From the sequence record NC_019526.1: DNA of 64,000 nt, one strand, 5' to 3'. Positions 17,696-27,848 of this stretch are shown in pieces. Every line of letters begins with the position of its first letter. Positions within the stretch are counted from its first letter, which is position 1. The translations under genes were made by a program, and so were the position numbers. The notes beneath the pieces were generated by a model. The model had not been told where the DNA came from and did not search any database. It saw only the letters and a program-made list of their open reading frames with translations.

Positions 17696-19393
17696 ATGCC
17701 TGGTGATTATAATAATGGCGACATGAAGCACAGAAATGGTGCAATTGTACAACATTCAAAACGCAAGTCGGAGTACCGCCCTGCTGGTAACTATGTTGGT
17801 GGTAGTAAAATGAGCAGGAATCAGTCCACTGGAAAACAAGGTGCTGAGAACGCAAAACCCGGTGAAGTTACTGACACTTCCAAAATGAATCAAGAAGAAA
17901 AGTTGCGTTATTTTAATAAACTTGGACTTCTTAATCCAACACAAAAACAGCAACTTGCTGATATTGATGCTAAAAAATCACAATCCAGTACTGCAAATGT
18001 TGAACCAGTACAGAAACCTAGTACTGAACAACCTAAACCAGATGTTAATCCAGTAAAAGAATTATCTGATAAATTAGGTAAAATTTTCGCTAATAAACCA
18101 CAATTAATTCAAGGTATCGTGAAAGCATTACAATCTGTGCCAAAAGAACAATTAAAAGATAAAGCACAAGCTGTACTGAAAGCTATGAATAACAACACCA
18201 GTACTGAACCAACTGAAGTATTCAGTACTGTAATGCAAGCAATTGAAGGTTCTCCTGAAAAGGATGAAGATGATATTGATTTCGATGAAAAAGAACCAGT
18301 TAAATCTGAACCAGAAGAAGGTTCTATTGACTGGATTCGTAAAATACATAAGTTTGTTTTTGATAAGTATTTTAATCAAGATTTTGATAGTTATAAATCT
18401 TATAGGGATTTACTTAAAAATAAACACGATGCTAATATTTTTCAGGATTATCTTGAAAAAATGGAAAAAAATCCAAAAATCAAACCATTGTATGATCTAG
18501 CTATGCATAAATTAAATGACTTCGATCCAGAAGAAGGTGAAGATTCTAAATTCATTAACATTGGTGACGCAGTATTCAGTATCATCAAAGATGGTGAAAA
18601 TGTACAACAAAGTTCTGGTGCTGAAGAAAGTGATAAGTACGCTCAAGATTATGAAAGAGAAGAAGAAAAAAGTCGTGATCTAGAACGTCAGTACAGTACT
18701 ATGTCAGAGAATGATTTTAGAAAAGATTTTCATTTCTTAGATAGTAAAGATGTAGAAGCATTAATTAAACAAGCTAAGCAATTCAAAAATTATCAATCAG
18801 CACTATCAGCTATTGCTTCGGGTGTTGATAATAGCACAGATGGTGATAACAATGAAATTCTTTCTTCCATGTATGCTATCGCTGATGATTTAGGTAGTAT
18901 GGGATTTGAATTGAAAGATAACGATAACAGTACTTCAGATAATAATGAATATGGTTTTGTTATGTCTCCAGAAGAATTATCATCTACTGGAAAACATAGT
19001 TATAATAATGATCCAGAAGTATATCAACAGCCAACATTGGATGATGCCTTAGTACTTGCACGTAAACATGCAGCGGCTGCACGTAAAGAAGATTTTGATA
19101 AATTCTTGAAATATGTAGCTGATGGTATGAAAGAACAGGGTACTAAACCAGCAATTATTAACAGAACTCTTAGTCATTATATGCATGAACTAAAAAATAA
19201 TGGTTTTAAATTTCAATCTGCACTAAATTCTATGGTAGATAATGCCGAGGCTTATGATCCAGATGATGATTATGGTACTGAATTTGACCACAACATAGCT
19301 TCATTTGAAAGTGGGATGGAAAACTACGATAAAGATCAATCAAAATATGAAGATCAAATAATTCACGTTTACAATCAATTACACGGAAAATAA
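17696..19393 (+). CDS. large acidic hypothetical protein, possibly late/virion-internal
   Basis: 565 aa, D/E-rich; TAAATA at 17658-17663 upstream, strong GGAGG SD. Confidence 0.85.
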   Translation: MPGDYNNGDMKHRNGAIVQHSKRKSEYRPAGNYVGGSKMSRNQSTGKQGAENAKPGEVTDTSKMNQEEKLRYFNKLGLLNPTQKQQLADIDAKKSQSSTANVEPVQKPSTEQPKPDVNPVKELSDKLGKIFANKPQLIQGIVKALQSVPKEQLKDKAQAVLKAMNNNTSTEPTEVFSTVMQAIEGSPEKDEDDIDFDEKEPVKSEPEEGSIDWIRKIHKFVFDKYFNQDFDSYKSYRDLLKNKHDANIFQDYLEKMEKNPKIKPLYDLAMHKLNDFDPEEGEDSKFINIGDAVFSIIKDGENVQQSSGAEESDKYAQDYEREEEKSRDLERQYSTMSENDFRKDFHFLDSKDVEALIKQAKQFKNYQSALSAIASGVDNSTDGDNNEILSSMYAIADDLGSMGFELKDNDNSTSDNNEYGFVMSPEELSSTGKHSYNNDPEVYQQPTLDDALVLARKHAAAARKEDFDKFLKYVADGMKEQGTKPAIINRTLSHYMHELKNNGFKFQSALNSMVDNAEAYDPDDDYGTEFDHNIASFESGMENYDKDQSKYEDQIIHVYNQLHGK

Positions 19394-19395
19394 TA

Positions 19396-19432
19396 AAAAG
19401 GGTTGACTTCGGTCAGCCCTTTTGTTATTATA
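19396..19432 (+). promoter_or_regulatory. fused terminator-promoter stem-loop
   Basis: AAAAGGGTTGAC-ttcg-GTCAGCCCTTTT, then TATTAT. Confidence 0.8.
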
Positions 19433-19462
19433 TATACATCCAAACAAAATAGGAATACTACA

Positions 19463-19855
19463 ATGCCTTTAATTAAATTGGAAACTCATATCGCTGCTAT
19501 CGAATCCATGATGAAACAACTGGATGTTCTTGAACTGACAACTGATAGTCCAGTACTGAATCATTGTCTCAGTCTTGAAGATATGGGTGAATTGGGTAAT
19601 GGTATTGAAGCAATTCGCCGTAATCTGAATAATGCTAAAGCATGGGCTGTTGAGCAATATAATACACAAGTGTTGCAATTATCGTACACTACCAACAAAG
19701 GTGATTTTGCTCGTTTTCATGGTACTAAAGATGAACTTCGTAAATTCTGGAATTCATCAAAAGATAATATGAAGTACGTTGAAATCTATTACAATTATTC
19801 TCGTGCTCCAATATGTGGTGATAAAGCTGTTGGAATATTTTTATCCACAAATTAA
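19463..19855 (+). CDS. hypothetical protein
   Basis: AGGA SD; the track start lies inside the promoter. Confidence 0.75.
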   Translation: MPLIKLETHIAAIESMMKQLDVLELTTDSPVLNHCLSLEDMGELGNGIEAIRRNLNNAKAWAVEQYNTQVLQLSYTTNKGDFARFHGTKDELRKFWNSSKDNMKYVEIYYNYSRAPICGDKAVGIFLSTN

Positions 19856-19939
19856 TTAAAAAGGGTTGATTTCGGTCAGCCCTTTTGTTATCATATCAGT
19901 ACTTAATATATAATTTTAATTTAAAAGGATATCTTACTC

Positions 19940-20176
19940 ATGATGGTATCAGTACAACCGTATGTAAATGGTACTTTTGTCCTTAAAATCGAAAGTGGTT
20001 ACAGGACTGGTTTATTCGTTAGTAAACCAAAGCTCAATGATACTGATATAGAATTTCCAGAAACATTCAGTACTGAAACAGATGCATTAAATTGGGCAAT
20101 TGAAAATGGATATCAAAAAATTAAAATAAACAGCACGATTGAATTAAATTATGGAGTTCGTATAAATGCAAAATGA
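19940..20176 (+). CDS. hypothetical protein
   Basis: AAGGA SD. Confidence 0.7.
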   Translation: MMVSVQPYVNGTFVLKIESGYRTGLFVSKPKLNDTDIEFPETFSTETDALNWAIENGYQKIKINSTIELNYGVRINAK

Positions 20177-20528
20177 ACAAGAGAATCAAGAAAAGAAAAA
20201 ACTAGATACTAATGATTATAAAATCTTACATATCGCCTTACAAAAAATCATGGAAGGCGAACGTAATGAAGATTATGGCATTTGTTATAATCTACAATCT
20301 AAAGTACTAAACTATATTGAAAAACGATTCATTTATCAATTCCTTCAGGAATCACTAAAAAGTATTCTTGGTGGTAAATGTGGTCAATATCCAATTGAAG
20401 GGTCGTATGAAGATTTCAAACGAAACAATGAAAAATGGAATACATTTACTGAATTCGGATTTAAGCGTTTAAATCTACTCAAATCAATGATTGAACGTAC
20501 TGAAAAACTTTCTTTGGGAGAAAAATAA
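20166..20528 (+). CDS. hypothetical protein, paralog of 24717..25148
   Basis: Shared GICxNL...YPIEGS...KW...RLNLLxSMI. Confidence 0.8.
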   Translation: MQNEQENQEKKKLDTNDYKILHIALQKIMEGERNEDYGICYNLQSKVLNYIEKRFIYQFLQESLKSILGGKCGQYPIEGSYEDFKRNNEKWNTFTEFGFKRLNLLKSMIERTEKLSLGEK

Positions 20529-20950
20529 TGTCCAACTGCCCACATTGCAATAAAGAATTAAAAATTGACTCCTGTGTATATAATAATGTTGAGACTTATG
20601 GTAAATCCGCATTAGCAACATCTAAATGTTGTGGGCGTGCTGTGGTGGTTTCTCGTGTAGTCAACTTTGGTATCAGTGCTTATAATGGTGAACGAACTGA
20701 AGATGATTGGGGTAACAGTATTCTACCAAAATCTAATGTACCACAAAGCAATATCAATGATGAACTTGCTATCAATGTTGTTGAACTTCTAAAATCAGAT
20801 AGACGATATGAAGCACTTGAAGTTATTCGCAGCATCAAAAATCCACTGACTGCTGGTTGGCTTGTACAAGAAGTATTAAATGAATTAAATGTTCCGAGTC
20901 GTACACAAACAAAAAACTGGCTAATTAATGCTCTTTATAATGGTAAATGA
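20528..20950 (+). CDS. Zn-ribbon-containing hypothetical protein
   Basis: CPHC ... CCG. Confidence 0.7.
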   Translation: MSNCPHCNKELKIDSCVYNNVETYGKSALATSKCCGRAVVVSRVVNFGISAYNGERTEDDWGNSILPKSNVPQSNINDELAINVVELLKSDRRYEALEVIRSIKNPLTAGWLVQEVLNELNVPSRTQTKNWLINALYNGK

Positions 20951-21270
20951 TTATGTTTGAATTATACAGATTCGCTGGAATTGCTATTGTTTTATTGGGA
21001 TTTATGTATATTTTAATTTGCCTTTTGTTGAAATTTTTCAAATACAATACATTATTGAATAAAATTTTTCCAAAAGGAATTGATGACATAGACAGAGACT
21101 GTTGTTTAATTGCTTTTTCTATATTTGGATTATGTTCGTTGTTTTTTGATATATCGGTACCAACGGCGTGCGTAAGTGCATTTCTTTCTTCTATAATTTT
21201 GTTTGTATTAATTGTATGTTTAGCAATTAATGTGCTAATTTCATTTCATAAAAAATTACCAGAAAGGTAA
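20947..21270 (+). CDS. 3-TM membrane protein related to the 32.6-35.4 kb array
   Basis: Same layout, ends FHKKLPER. Confidence 0.7.
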   Translation: MIMFELYRFAGIAIVLLGFMYILICLLLKFFKYNTLLNKIFPKGIDDIDRDCCLIAFSIFGLCSLFFDISVPTACVSAFLSSIILFVLIVCLAINVLISFHKKLPER

Positions 21271-21298
21271 TATTGTAGTACTAAAAAAAATAAAAACC

Positions 21299-21329
21299 AA
21301 AAGACCATTTTAATATAAGTGGTCTTTTC
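21299..21329 (+). terminator. intrinsic terminator
   Basis: AAAGACCA...TGGTCTTT then T run. Confidence 0.55.
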
Positions 21330-21347
21330 ATATTATAAGGGATAATT

Positions 21348-21722
21348 ATGTTGATCAAAGAAACTGGTAGTAAAATTAATTTTATTGATGTAAACGATGT
21401 ATACGTAGGATATGATATTAGCCAGTCCTGTTGTGAACACGCTGGTTGGTTTATTCATCCAATGCAATGTGAATCACCATATATTGAGGAATATGGTGAT
21501 TCATACAGTGGTATTGTTAATAAAGAATTTGATTTAAATGGATTTGTATTTGATACTAAGTTTGTTGAATACTCAACCAAAGATACAGATTCTGGTGCAA
21601 TGGTTATTTTCCGCATGGTTAAAGGTAATAATCAATTGTTTTTGCATCTATTCAATGTCCATAACGGATACTATGGTCATGGTTTTGATACCAATCTTCC
21701 ATGTGGGAATGGTTGTTTGTAA
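21348..21722 (+). CDS. hypothetical phage protein
   Basis: SQSCCE...HNGYYGHG motifs. Confidence 0.75.
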   Translation: MLIKETGSKINFIDVNDVYVGYDISQSCCEHAGWFIHPMQCESPYIEEYGDSYSGIVNKEFDLNGFVFDTKFVEYSTKDTDSGAMVIFRMVKGNNQLFLHLFNVHNGYYGHGFDTNLPCGNGCL

Positions 21723-21799
21723 GAAATTAATATTAAGGTTGACTTCGGTCAACCTTTTTGCTATTATGTAATTACAATTGTATACCGAGGATATTTAAT

Positions 21800-22054
21800 A
21801 TGTTCGCATTGCAAAATAAAAATACTAAACAGATAATGAAAGTATCTTATTATTTCACGAATAGTGATGCAGGGGTAGAATTTGATTCACAGGGTGATTA
21901 TTTTTATTTAGAAAATGATCGTGAAGAACTGGAAAAACTACTTGAATTCTATCGTGAAGAAGGTAAAATAACACAGTTTGATGATTATCCAGAATGTGGG
22001 GTAGGAGAGTTGGATGGTTACGAAATAGTTGAAATTGAATTGGTAGTTAAATGA
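21800..22054 (+). CDS. acidic hypothetical protein
   Basis: GAGG SD after stem-loop promoter. Confidence 0.75.
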   Translation: MFALQNKNTKQIMKVSYYFTNSDAGVEFDSQGDYFYLENDREELEKLLEFYREEGKITQFDDYPECGVGELDGYEIVEIELVVK

Positions 22055-22075
22055 AAACACATTAGGAATTATATC

Positions 22076-22258
22076 ATGAAAAACATCATCAAAAAAGATT
22101 CAGGCGGTTATTCTGTAGTACTGAACGGTATTATTATCGGTGACGCAACAACTATGAAAGAAGCACGCAATATGATTGCTCAATACAAACGTAAACTTAA
22201 ATACTCAAATTTAGTTCATAAGTATACTAAATTTTCCAACGATTTTAAGTCGAAATAA
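22076..22258 (+). CDS. hypothetical protein
   Basis: AGGA SD. Confidence 0.7.
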   Translation: MKNIIKKDSGGYSVVLNGIIIGDATTMKEARNMIAQYKRKLKYSNLVHKYTKFSNDFKSK

Positions 22259-22262
22259 AAAT

Positions 22263-22646
22263 ATGAAAATTCAATTAAGTACTACACTACAAGACACAGA
22301 AAACAAAGATAATATTGAGGTACAAATTTTAGTTGATGTATCAAAACATGACACAGTACTGATTAATATTGATGGTAAAACTTTTAAGTTAACAGATATT
22401 GAACGTATCATTGATTGTGCTGATAAATTAGTTAATTTAAGTACCGAATTCAAAGAAGAATATAGTGAAGAAGTATCTGATTTAAAATATTTTGATATTG
22501 ATTTCTTTAATCAACAGGGTGAACACAATAAAGTAACGCTTTTAGCAAAAGATCCTGCTCAAGCTGTGGTATCTTTCTATGGTTCTGCTCATGCGGAACT
22601 CCACCCAAACTCTACAATTGTCAGCGTAATGCTGAAAAAATATTGA
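22263..22646 (+). CDS. hypothetical protein
   Basis: Packed + strand ORF. Confidence 0.75.
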   Translation: MKIQLSTTLQDTENKDNIEVQILVDVSKHDTVLINIDGKTFKLTDIERIIDCADKLVNLSTEFKEEYSEEVSDLKYFDIDFFNQQGEHNKVTLLAKDPAQAVVSFYGSAHAELHPNSTIVSVMLKKY

Positions 22647-22703
22647 CAGTATGGTTTTCTTTTGATATTATGTATACATGTTGAGTGTACTGAGGATTTA
22701 ATC

Positions 22704-22976
22704 ATGCATGGTGTATTGACTTCACAAAGTATGAAAGTTGTATTCAAAGGTGAAGATGAAATCAGTTTAGAATCTGAGATTGTTCAAGAATGTCGCAGCT
22801 TTTCTGAGTTTAAAGACTTAGATATTCATACACACGGTGATTATTTTCATCACTATACAATCCAGTACAGTACTAATAGTATTGAACCGAAAAACTTTGC
22901 ACCACAAATTATGAAAGCAGCACTGCTATTGATTTCAATTGCAACAAAACGTGGATTAGTACTAGTTAATTTATAA
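22704..22976 (+). CDS. hypothetical protein
   Basis: GAGGA SD after TTGACA/TATTAT promoter. Confidence 0.7.
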   Translation: MHGVLTSQSMKVVFKGEDEISLESEIVQECRSFSEFKDLDIHTHGDYFHHYTIQYSTNSIEPKNFAPQIMKAALLLISIATKRGLVLVNL

Positions 22977-23056
22977 TAGTGTTTGACAAATCTTAATGAC
23001 TGCGGTACTATATCTATGTACCGCAAAACAACAAATTTTAATCTAAGGATATAAAC

Positions 23057-23644
23057 ATGAACGTTACTTTCCATAAAACTGCTAACCACAAACATGAAAT
23101 TCACATCAATGGTTTTAAAGCTGGTCTTATTCAACTTCTATCACATCATCCTGATCATAAAGTTAATGATGAACAGCGTATGGATTGGCGTGTATTCTTT
23201 TGGGGAAAATATCAACAATTCCAAATGGATTATCGTGCAGTAGGTATCTGGCCTCAGACTCGCGGTTGCAATAGTGATATCTCTCTGAATAAAATGAAAA
23301 AAGATTTGGAATTTCTTTTGCAAAATAATATCGATATTGTTCTTCCTAAAAAGTATTTTGAAGATAAAGGATATGTATTCGCCCATTTCAATGACGGCGA
23401 TATCTATACTATTGATACTGAATATCAAGATAAATGGACAGAATATTTCCATATCGGAGGAAAACATCATCTGTTTGCATCTGAACACGAACTGACTGAA
23501 CGCGTACAAAAACTGTTTGATTATGAAAAACGTAATTACGCTGGTAAACCCCACTTATTGAGTGAAAATAAAATCCTGGATATTGAATATCGTATGGTAA
23601 ATGCAATGTTCGATACTTCTTATTATAATAGCATTAAGGATTAA
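23057..23644 (+). CDS. hypothetical protein
   Basis: Own promoter and AAGGA SD. Confidence 0.8.
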   Translation: MNVTFHKTANHKHEIHINGFKAGLIQLLSHHPDHKVNDEQRMDWRVFFWGKYQQFQMDYRAVGIWPQTRGCNSDISLNKMKKDLEFLLQNNIDIVLPKKYFEDKGYVFAHFNDGDIYTIDTEYQDKWTEYFHIGGKHHLFASEHELTERVQKLFDYEKRNYAGKPHLLSENKILDIEYRMVNAMFDTSYYNSIKD

Positions 23645-23645
23645 C

Positions 23646-24233
23646 ATGTTAGTTAAACTACATTTTGATTTAGAAAAAATGAATGCTGAAGGTGCCAGAA
23701 ATGGCACCTCGTATGAAGTAATCGATCATGATGGAAAGTATGCTCATATTGTGAAAGTAGATTATTCTCATTCATTGTGGAATGGTTTTGGTGCAGAAGG
23801 TGTTCATGATATTGATTTCTTAATTGAACATCAACCTGGTGTATATGAAACTCTAAGTGCAAACTTTCATTTAGAGATCGAAGAAACACAAATGAAAATT
23901 TGTGATAAGGATAACATTACCACAAACGGTGAAGTACTTGGATACGATGAATATGAACCGTATAGTACTGAATTCTTACCAAGTTATGGTGTATGTGATA
24001 ACATCGAACAAGTATTAGAACTCTATAAACCTTGTATTGTCCATAGTACTAATAAATTTGTTATTTCATTGACACCGATATATAAAAATACACAACCAGA
24101 ATTACATGGCTGGCGTTGGCATAAATGGGGTGAGTATATTGGTACTCAAGAAATTACAACCGAATACATTGCTGATGAACCACTAATTGAAATGGTATAT
24201 TGCTTCCATATCTATTGTGTAGAAGAAAAATAA
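23646..24233 (+). CDS. phage protein of the GWRWHKWGxYIG family
   Basis: YGVCDNIEQ...HGWRWHKWGEYIG; paralog of 11311..11979. Confidence 0.8.
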   Translation: MLVKLHFDLEKMNAEGARNGTSYEVIDHDGKYAHIVKVDYSHSLWNGFGAEGVHDIDFLIEHQPGVYETLSANFHLEIEETQMKICDKDNITTNGEVLGYDEYEPYSTEFLPSYGVCDNIEQVLELYKPCIVHSTNKFVISLTPIYKNTQPELHGWRWHKWGEYIGTQEITTEYIADEPLIEMVYCFHIYCVEEK

Positions 24234-24304
24234 TAAAAAGGGTTGACATAAGTCAACCCTTTTTGCTATAATAAAATCACATTAATTAAAAGTGATAATC
24301 AATT

Positions 24305-24703
24305 ATGTCAAAATATCGTTCAGTACTTAAAGTAAAGAAAGAAGAAATTAAACCAGAAATGTTTGAAAATAAGAAAAGTTATGAATACTTTATGACTTTG
24401 TATTATGAATTTCGTTGGTTGGAATTATTACGTAAACAAGGTGCAATCATCTTTATGGATGGTGAACCTATGGATAAAAAAGAATTTTTCTCTTTCGGTA
24501 TTGATGATGATGGAACTATGCCACGTCTTGGAACCAGTACTACTAATAATAGTATGACTGTGTATTGTGGTTTTACTTATGGTAACAAACCAAATACAGT
24601 ATTCGTTTATAAGAAAGAGATCAATGAAGCATTGAAAAATATCACTTACGTAGAAAAGAAAGATATTAAAAAATTCACTACTCAAAAATATTCATTTCAA
24701 TAA
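24305..24703 (+). CDS. hypothetical protein
   Basis: Follows stem-loop promoter. Confidence 0.75.
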   Translation: MSKYRSVLKVKKEEIKPEMFENKKSYEYFMTLYYEFRWLELLRKQGAIIFMDGEPMDKKEFFSFGIDDDGTMPRLGTSTTNNSMTVYCGFTYGNKPNTVFVYKKEINEALKNITYVEKKDIKKFTTQKYSFQ

Positions 24704-24716
24704 AGGAATATAAAAT

Positions 24717-25148
24717 ATGTTCCAAAAAGAAACAGTACTTAAAAAAATAGATGAATGTATTGATACTCTTCAATATCATATTTCTGAATCGAACAGTAGT
24801 ACTGAAATTTTAGATCATACTTCAATACTTAATAAAAAAAAGAAAAAGAATTATAAATTGATTCTTTCTGCTCTTGAAGAAATTAAAAGTGGGAACAGAA
24901 ATGAACTTCATGGTATTTGTAACAACTTGTACTTCAAAATGGACAATACCGATATGGTAGAGGAATTTATTAAGTATTCTTTTGATAGAATTTATGGAAG
25001 TAATCATGATTATCCAATTGAGGGTTCTAGATTTCACTATCAAATGAATAAAAACAAATGGGACGAATCAACAATACACGGTAAAAATCGATTAAATCTT
25101 TTGGACTCGATGATTCAGTACTGTAAATGTCGATTGCTTTCTATTTAA
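24717..25148 (+). CDS. hypothetical protein, paralog of 20166..20528
   Basis: Shared motifs. Confidence 0.8.
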   Translation: MFQKETVLKKIDECIDTLQYHISESNSSTEILDHTSILNKKKKKNYKLILSALEEIKSGNRNELHGICNNLYFKMDNTDMVEEFIKYSFDRIYGSNHDYPIEGSRFHYQMNKNKWDESTIHGKNRLNLLDSMIQYCKCRLLSI

Positions 25149-25162
25149 AAATATTAAAATAT

Positions 25163-25206
25163 ATGTATCCTCTTTAAATTCTAAATATATTAAAAAGGGG
25201 ATACAT
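25163..25206 (+). promoter_or_regulatory. RBS-sequestering hairpin with late-type promoter in the loop
   Basis: 13-bp stem 25163-25175/25194-25206 covering SD GGGGA; TAAATA at 25182-25187. Confidence 0.6.
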
Positions 25207-25209
25207 TAA

Positions 25210-25890
25210 ATGGTTAAATTATTAAAAACATTAGTTCTTATTACAATATTTTATATTCCATTTGCATTTGGTGATAATAATTGTAATGATAAGTTTCTTA
25301 ATTCAACTCTACCTGATGTTAAATACAATCAACAAATTTGTTATACTAAATTTGTAGTACTATACAATTACAATTATAAAATCCCAATGGTAAGTGCTGA
25401 ATACTTAACGCCAGATGATATCAACGCATCAAGTAAATTGAATAGAAAAGATGCATTCCATTCAGATAAATCCATTCCACCAGAATTTAATCAAACCGTA
25501 GCTATGTATAAAGGCACTGGATATGATAAAGGACATATGACACCAGCAGGTGATATGGATAATGCATTTGATCAATCAGAAAGTTTTAGTTTAGCAAATA
25601 TGACTCCCCAGACTAAAAAGTTAAATGAAATAGTATGGAGAGGAATCGAAGAAAAAGTACGAAATTCTATATTATCTGATGGTGCTGCCTATGTTATTAC
25701 TGGTAGTATAGTTCAGAATGGTTCAAATAGACTTAATACTATTGTCATACCAGATTATATCTATAAAGCAGTATACTTTGTTAATACAAAAAAATCCATT
25801 GTATATGTAGCAAAAAATGATAATTCAGGTGGAGAAGAGGAATTATCAGAAAAAGATTTTGAAGTGAAATATAAAATTAAACTTTTTTAA
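25210..25890 (+). CDS. DNA/RNA non-specific endonuclease (NucA/Serratia family) with signal peptide
   Basis: YDKGHMTPAGD, ESFSLANMTPQ, LNEIVWRGIE motifs; signal peptide ending FAFG. Confidence 0.9.
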   Translation: MVKLLKTLVLITIFYIPFAFGDNNCNDKFLNSTLPDVKYNQQICYTKFVVLYNYNYKIPMVSAEYLTPDDINASSKLNRKDAFHSDKSIPPEFNQTVAMYKGTGYDKGHMTPAGDMDNAFDQSESFSLANMTPQTKKLNEIVWRGIEEKVRNSILSDGAAYVITGSIVQNGSNRLNTIVIPDYIYKAVYFVNTKKSIVYVAKNDNSGGEEELSEKDFEVKYKIKLF

Positions 25891-25956
25891 TAAAAGGGGT
25901 TGACTTAGGTCATCCCTTTTTGCTATAATCAATGAATCAATTAAAGGAGATACACA

Positions 25957-26400
25957 ATGACTCGTATTAATTTAGTACATGTTAAAGAACTTGCAGATCA
26001 ACATTTGATGGCTGAATACAGAGAGCTTCCACGTGTGTTTGGGGCAGTTCGTAAACATGTACAAGATGGTAAGCGAGTTTCTGATTTCAAAATCAACCGT
26101 ACTTACATCTTAGGTACAGGACATGTGACATTCTTCTATAACAAATTATTGTACTTGCAGAAGCGTCACATTGATATTGTAAATGAATGTTTACGCCGTG
26201 GAATGAAGATTCAAAACACCGACATAAACGACCTCAGTGGTATTCCTACAGCTTTCTGTAATGATTATAACCCATTACCTCATGAGATCGATGTATCTCG
26301 TTCCAGATTGATTGAGAAGATTCAGATGAAGCCTACCTGGTATAAGTTTACCAATGTGGAGTTTCCATCTTATTATATTACTATGTTGGATAAGTACTAA
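25957..26400 (+). CDS. denV: pyrimidine-dimer DNA glycosylase / endonuclease V
   Basis: MTRINL...[17 protein letters not shown]...[13 protein letters not shown], as in T4 DenV. Confidence 0.95.
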   Translation: MTRINLVHVKELADQHLMAEYRELPRVFGAVRKHVQDGKRVSDFKINRTYILGTGHVTFFYNKLLYLQKRHIDIVNECLRRGMKIQNTDINDLSGIPTAFCNDYNPLPHEIDVSRSRLIEKIQMKPTWYKFTNVEFPSYYITMLDKY

Positions 26401-26440
26401 TATAGTGTTTGAATAAAATAAATTAGGTGGTTTTTATACT

Positions 26441-26674
26441 ATGAAATTTAAAAAATTTAATGGTACTGTCTATTCGTGTGACGATATATACTGTAATCCG
26501 TCTTATCATGATGGATTTTTCATCAAAACAAAAGATCATGAAGTACTGAAAGTTTCCTTACAGTGGGAAGAGGGTAGAACAAATAACTATAGATTTGTTC
26601 GAGGTGATAAATTTTCATACACTCCAAAAGATATAATTTGGCCGGATAGTGTAGTTGAAATAGAAATTAAATAA
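26441..26674 (+). CDS. hypothetical protein
   Basis: Packed + strand ORF. Confidence 0.7.
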   Translation: MKFKKFNGTVYSCDDIYCNPSYHDGFFIKTKDHEVLKVSLQWEEGRTNNYRFVRGDKFSYTPKDIIWPDSVVEIEIK

Positions 26675-26675
26675 G

Positions 26676-26957
26676 GTGGAAATTATTATGCCATTTCTCT
26701 TTATGATACTGTACTATTTGATTATTTTTCCATCTTATACTATTGGTGATTTAGTAGAATCAAAATTTGGTAATAAAGTTGGTACCGAGATTAAATGGAT
26801 AGTTGTGCATCTTATTGTTCATTTAATAATCTTTGCGTTATTCATCGCATTACCATTATGGTTGTTTGGTGTAAAAATATTAATAATTGCAATTATTTTT
26901 TTAGTTCTGGAAGTAATATGTTTCTATCTTATTCATAAACATAATTCGAAAAAATGA
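26676..26957 (+). CDS. hypothetical membrane protein
   Basis: Three hydrophobic segments. Confidence 0.7.
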   Translation: MEIIMPFLFMILYYLIIFPSYTIGDLVESKFGNKVGTEIKWIVVHLIVHLIIFALFIALPLWLFGVKILIIAIIFLVLEVICFYLIHKHNSKK

Positions 26958-27028
26958 AAAAAAGGGTTGACTTCGGTCAGCCCTTTTGTTATTATATATA
27001 CATCCAAACGAAACAGGAATTTAATTTA

Positions 27029-27475
27029 ATGAAACTTCAATTCGACGCAATCAGTGCTGGTTCTAAAACAATCACAATCAACTGTGGTTCTATGACTCGT
27101 GAGTTTCTTGAAGAACATAATATCCCATATAAGATGCATTATGACGATATCAAACTTGATATCAATGCAGAAGCAGACGTAGATATCCGTTCCTTTGAAG
27201 ATATCAAGCACTTCTGTAAAAAGTATTGTGCAAACATTACATTCGGTAATGGTACACCTGAAATTGAATTCTACAGCCTCCATGAAGAAGATTTACCATT
27301 ACATTGTTCATGGGATTACAAAGATATACCAGTACAACAATTGCGTGCAATGTATGCATCTTTTATCCAAGAATGTAGTGAAATCAACGGTAGTACCGAA
27401 ATGAATGAAGATGAAAAAGAACAAATGAAACTCTTCGAGGAAACCATCGAATGGGTAAAAGGCCGAAATAAATGA
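27029..27475 (+). CDS. hypothetical protein
   Basis: AGGA SD; the track start lies inside the promoter. Confidence 0.75.
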   Translation: MKLQFDAISAGSKTITINCGSMTREFLEEHNIPYKMHYDDIKLDINAEADVDIRSFEDIKHFCKKYCANITFGNGTPEIEFYSLHEEDLPLHCSWDYKDIPVQQLRAMYASFIQECSEINGSTEMNEDEKEQMKLFEETIEWVKGRNK

Positions 27476-27666
27476 AAGATTCAGTACTGAAATGTTCAGA
27501 CGGTGCTGATTGGTTAGTTGACAGGCTACCAAATGAAGCGTATAATGCAATGAAATCTGAGATTGAATTGTGCGTTCATACTATCTTCCAGAAATATGGA
27601 TATGGTAAAGAATTGCAAGATGCATTCAATGAATCTATTCCAGTTAAATTAGAAAGAAGGAAATAA
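27472..27666 (+). CDS. hypothetical protein
   Basis: Coupled start. Confidence 0.7.
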   Translation: MKDSVLKCSDGADWLVDRLPNEAYNAMKSEIELCVHTIFQKYGYGKELQDAFNESIPVKLERRK

Positions 27667-27668
27667 CA

Positions 27669-27848
27669 ATGAATAAGGCACAAGAACTGAAACTCTGTAT
27701 TCAACAACTTTGTACACTTCGTTGTGAAAACCTTCGTGCTATCTATGAAGGGGATGTAATTGAAGTGCAGCGTTGTGAAACTGCAATCGAAGCAAAAGAA
27801 TTTGAAGTCAACCGCTTAATTGATGAACTTTGTGGAGAAAAGAAATGA
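27669..27848 (+). CDS. hypothetical protein (59 aa)
   Basis: AAGGA SD; fills gap; below track cutoff. Confidence 0.65.
   Translation: MNKAQELKLCIQQLCTLRCENLRAIYEGDVIEVQRCETAIEAKEFEVNRLIDELCGEKK

Noticed and set aside
19841-19849. Perfect DnaA box TTATCCACA
   Set aside because: Single copy inside a CDS, no cluster or DUE; compatible with chance
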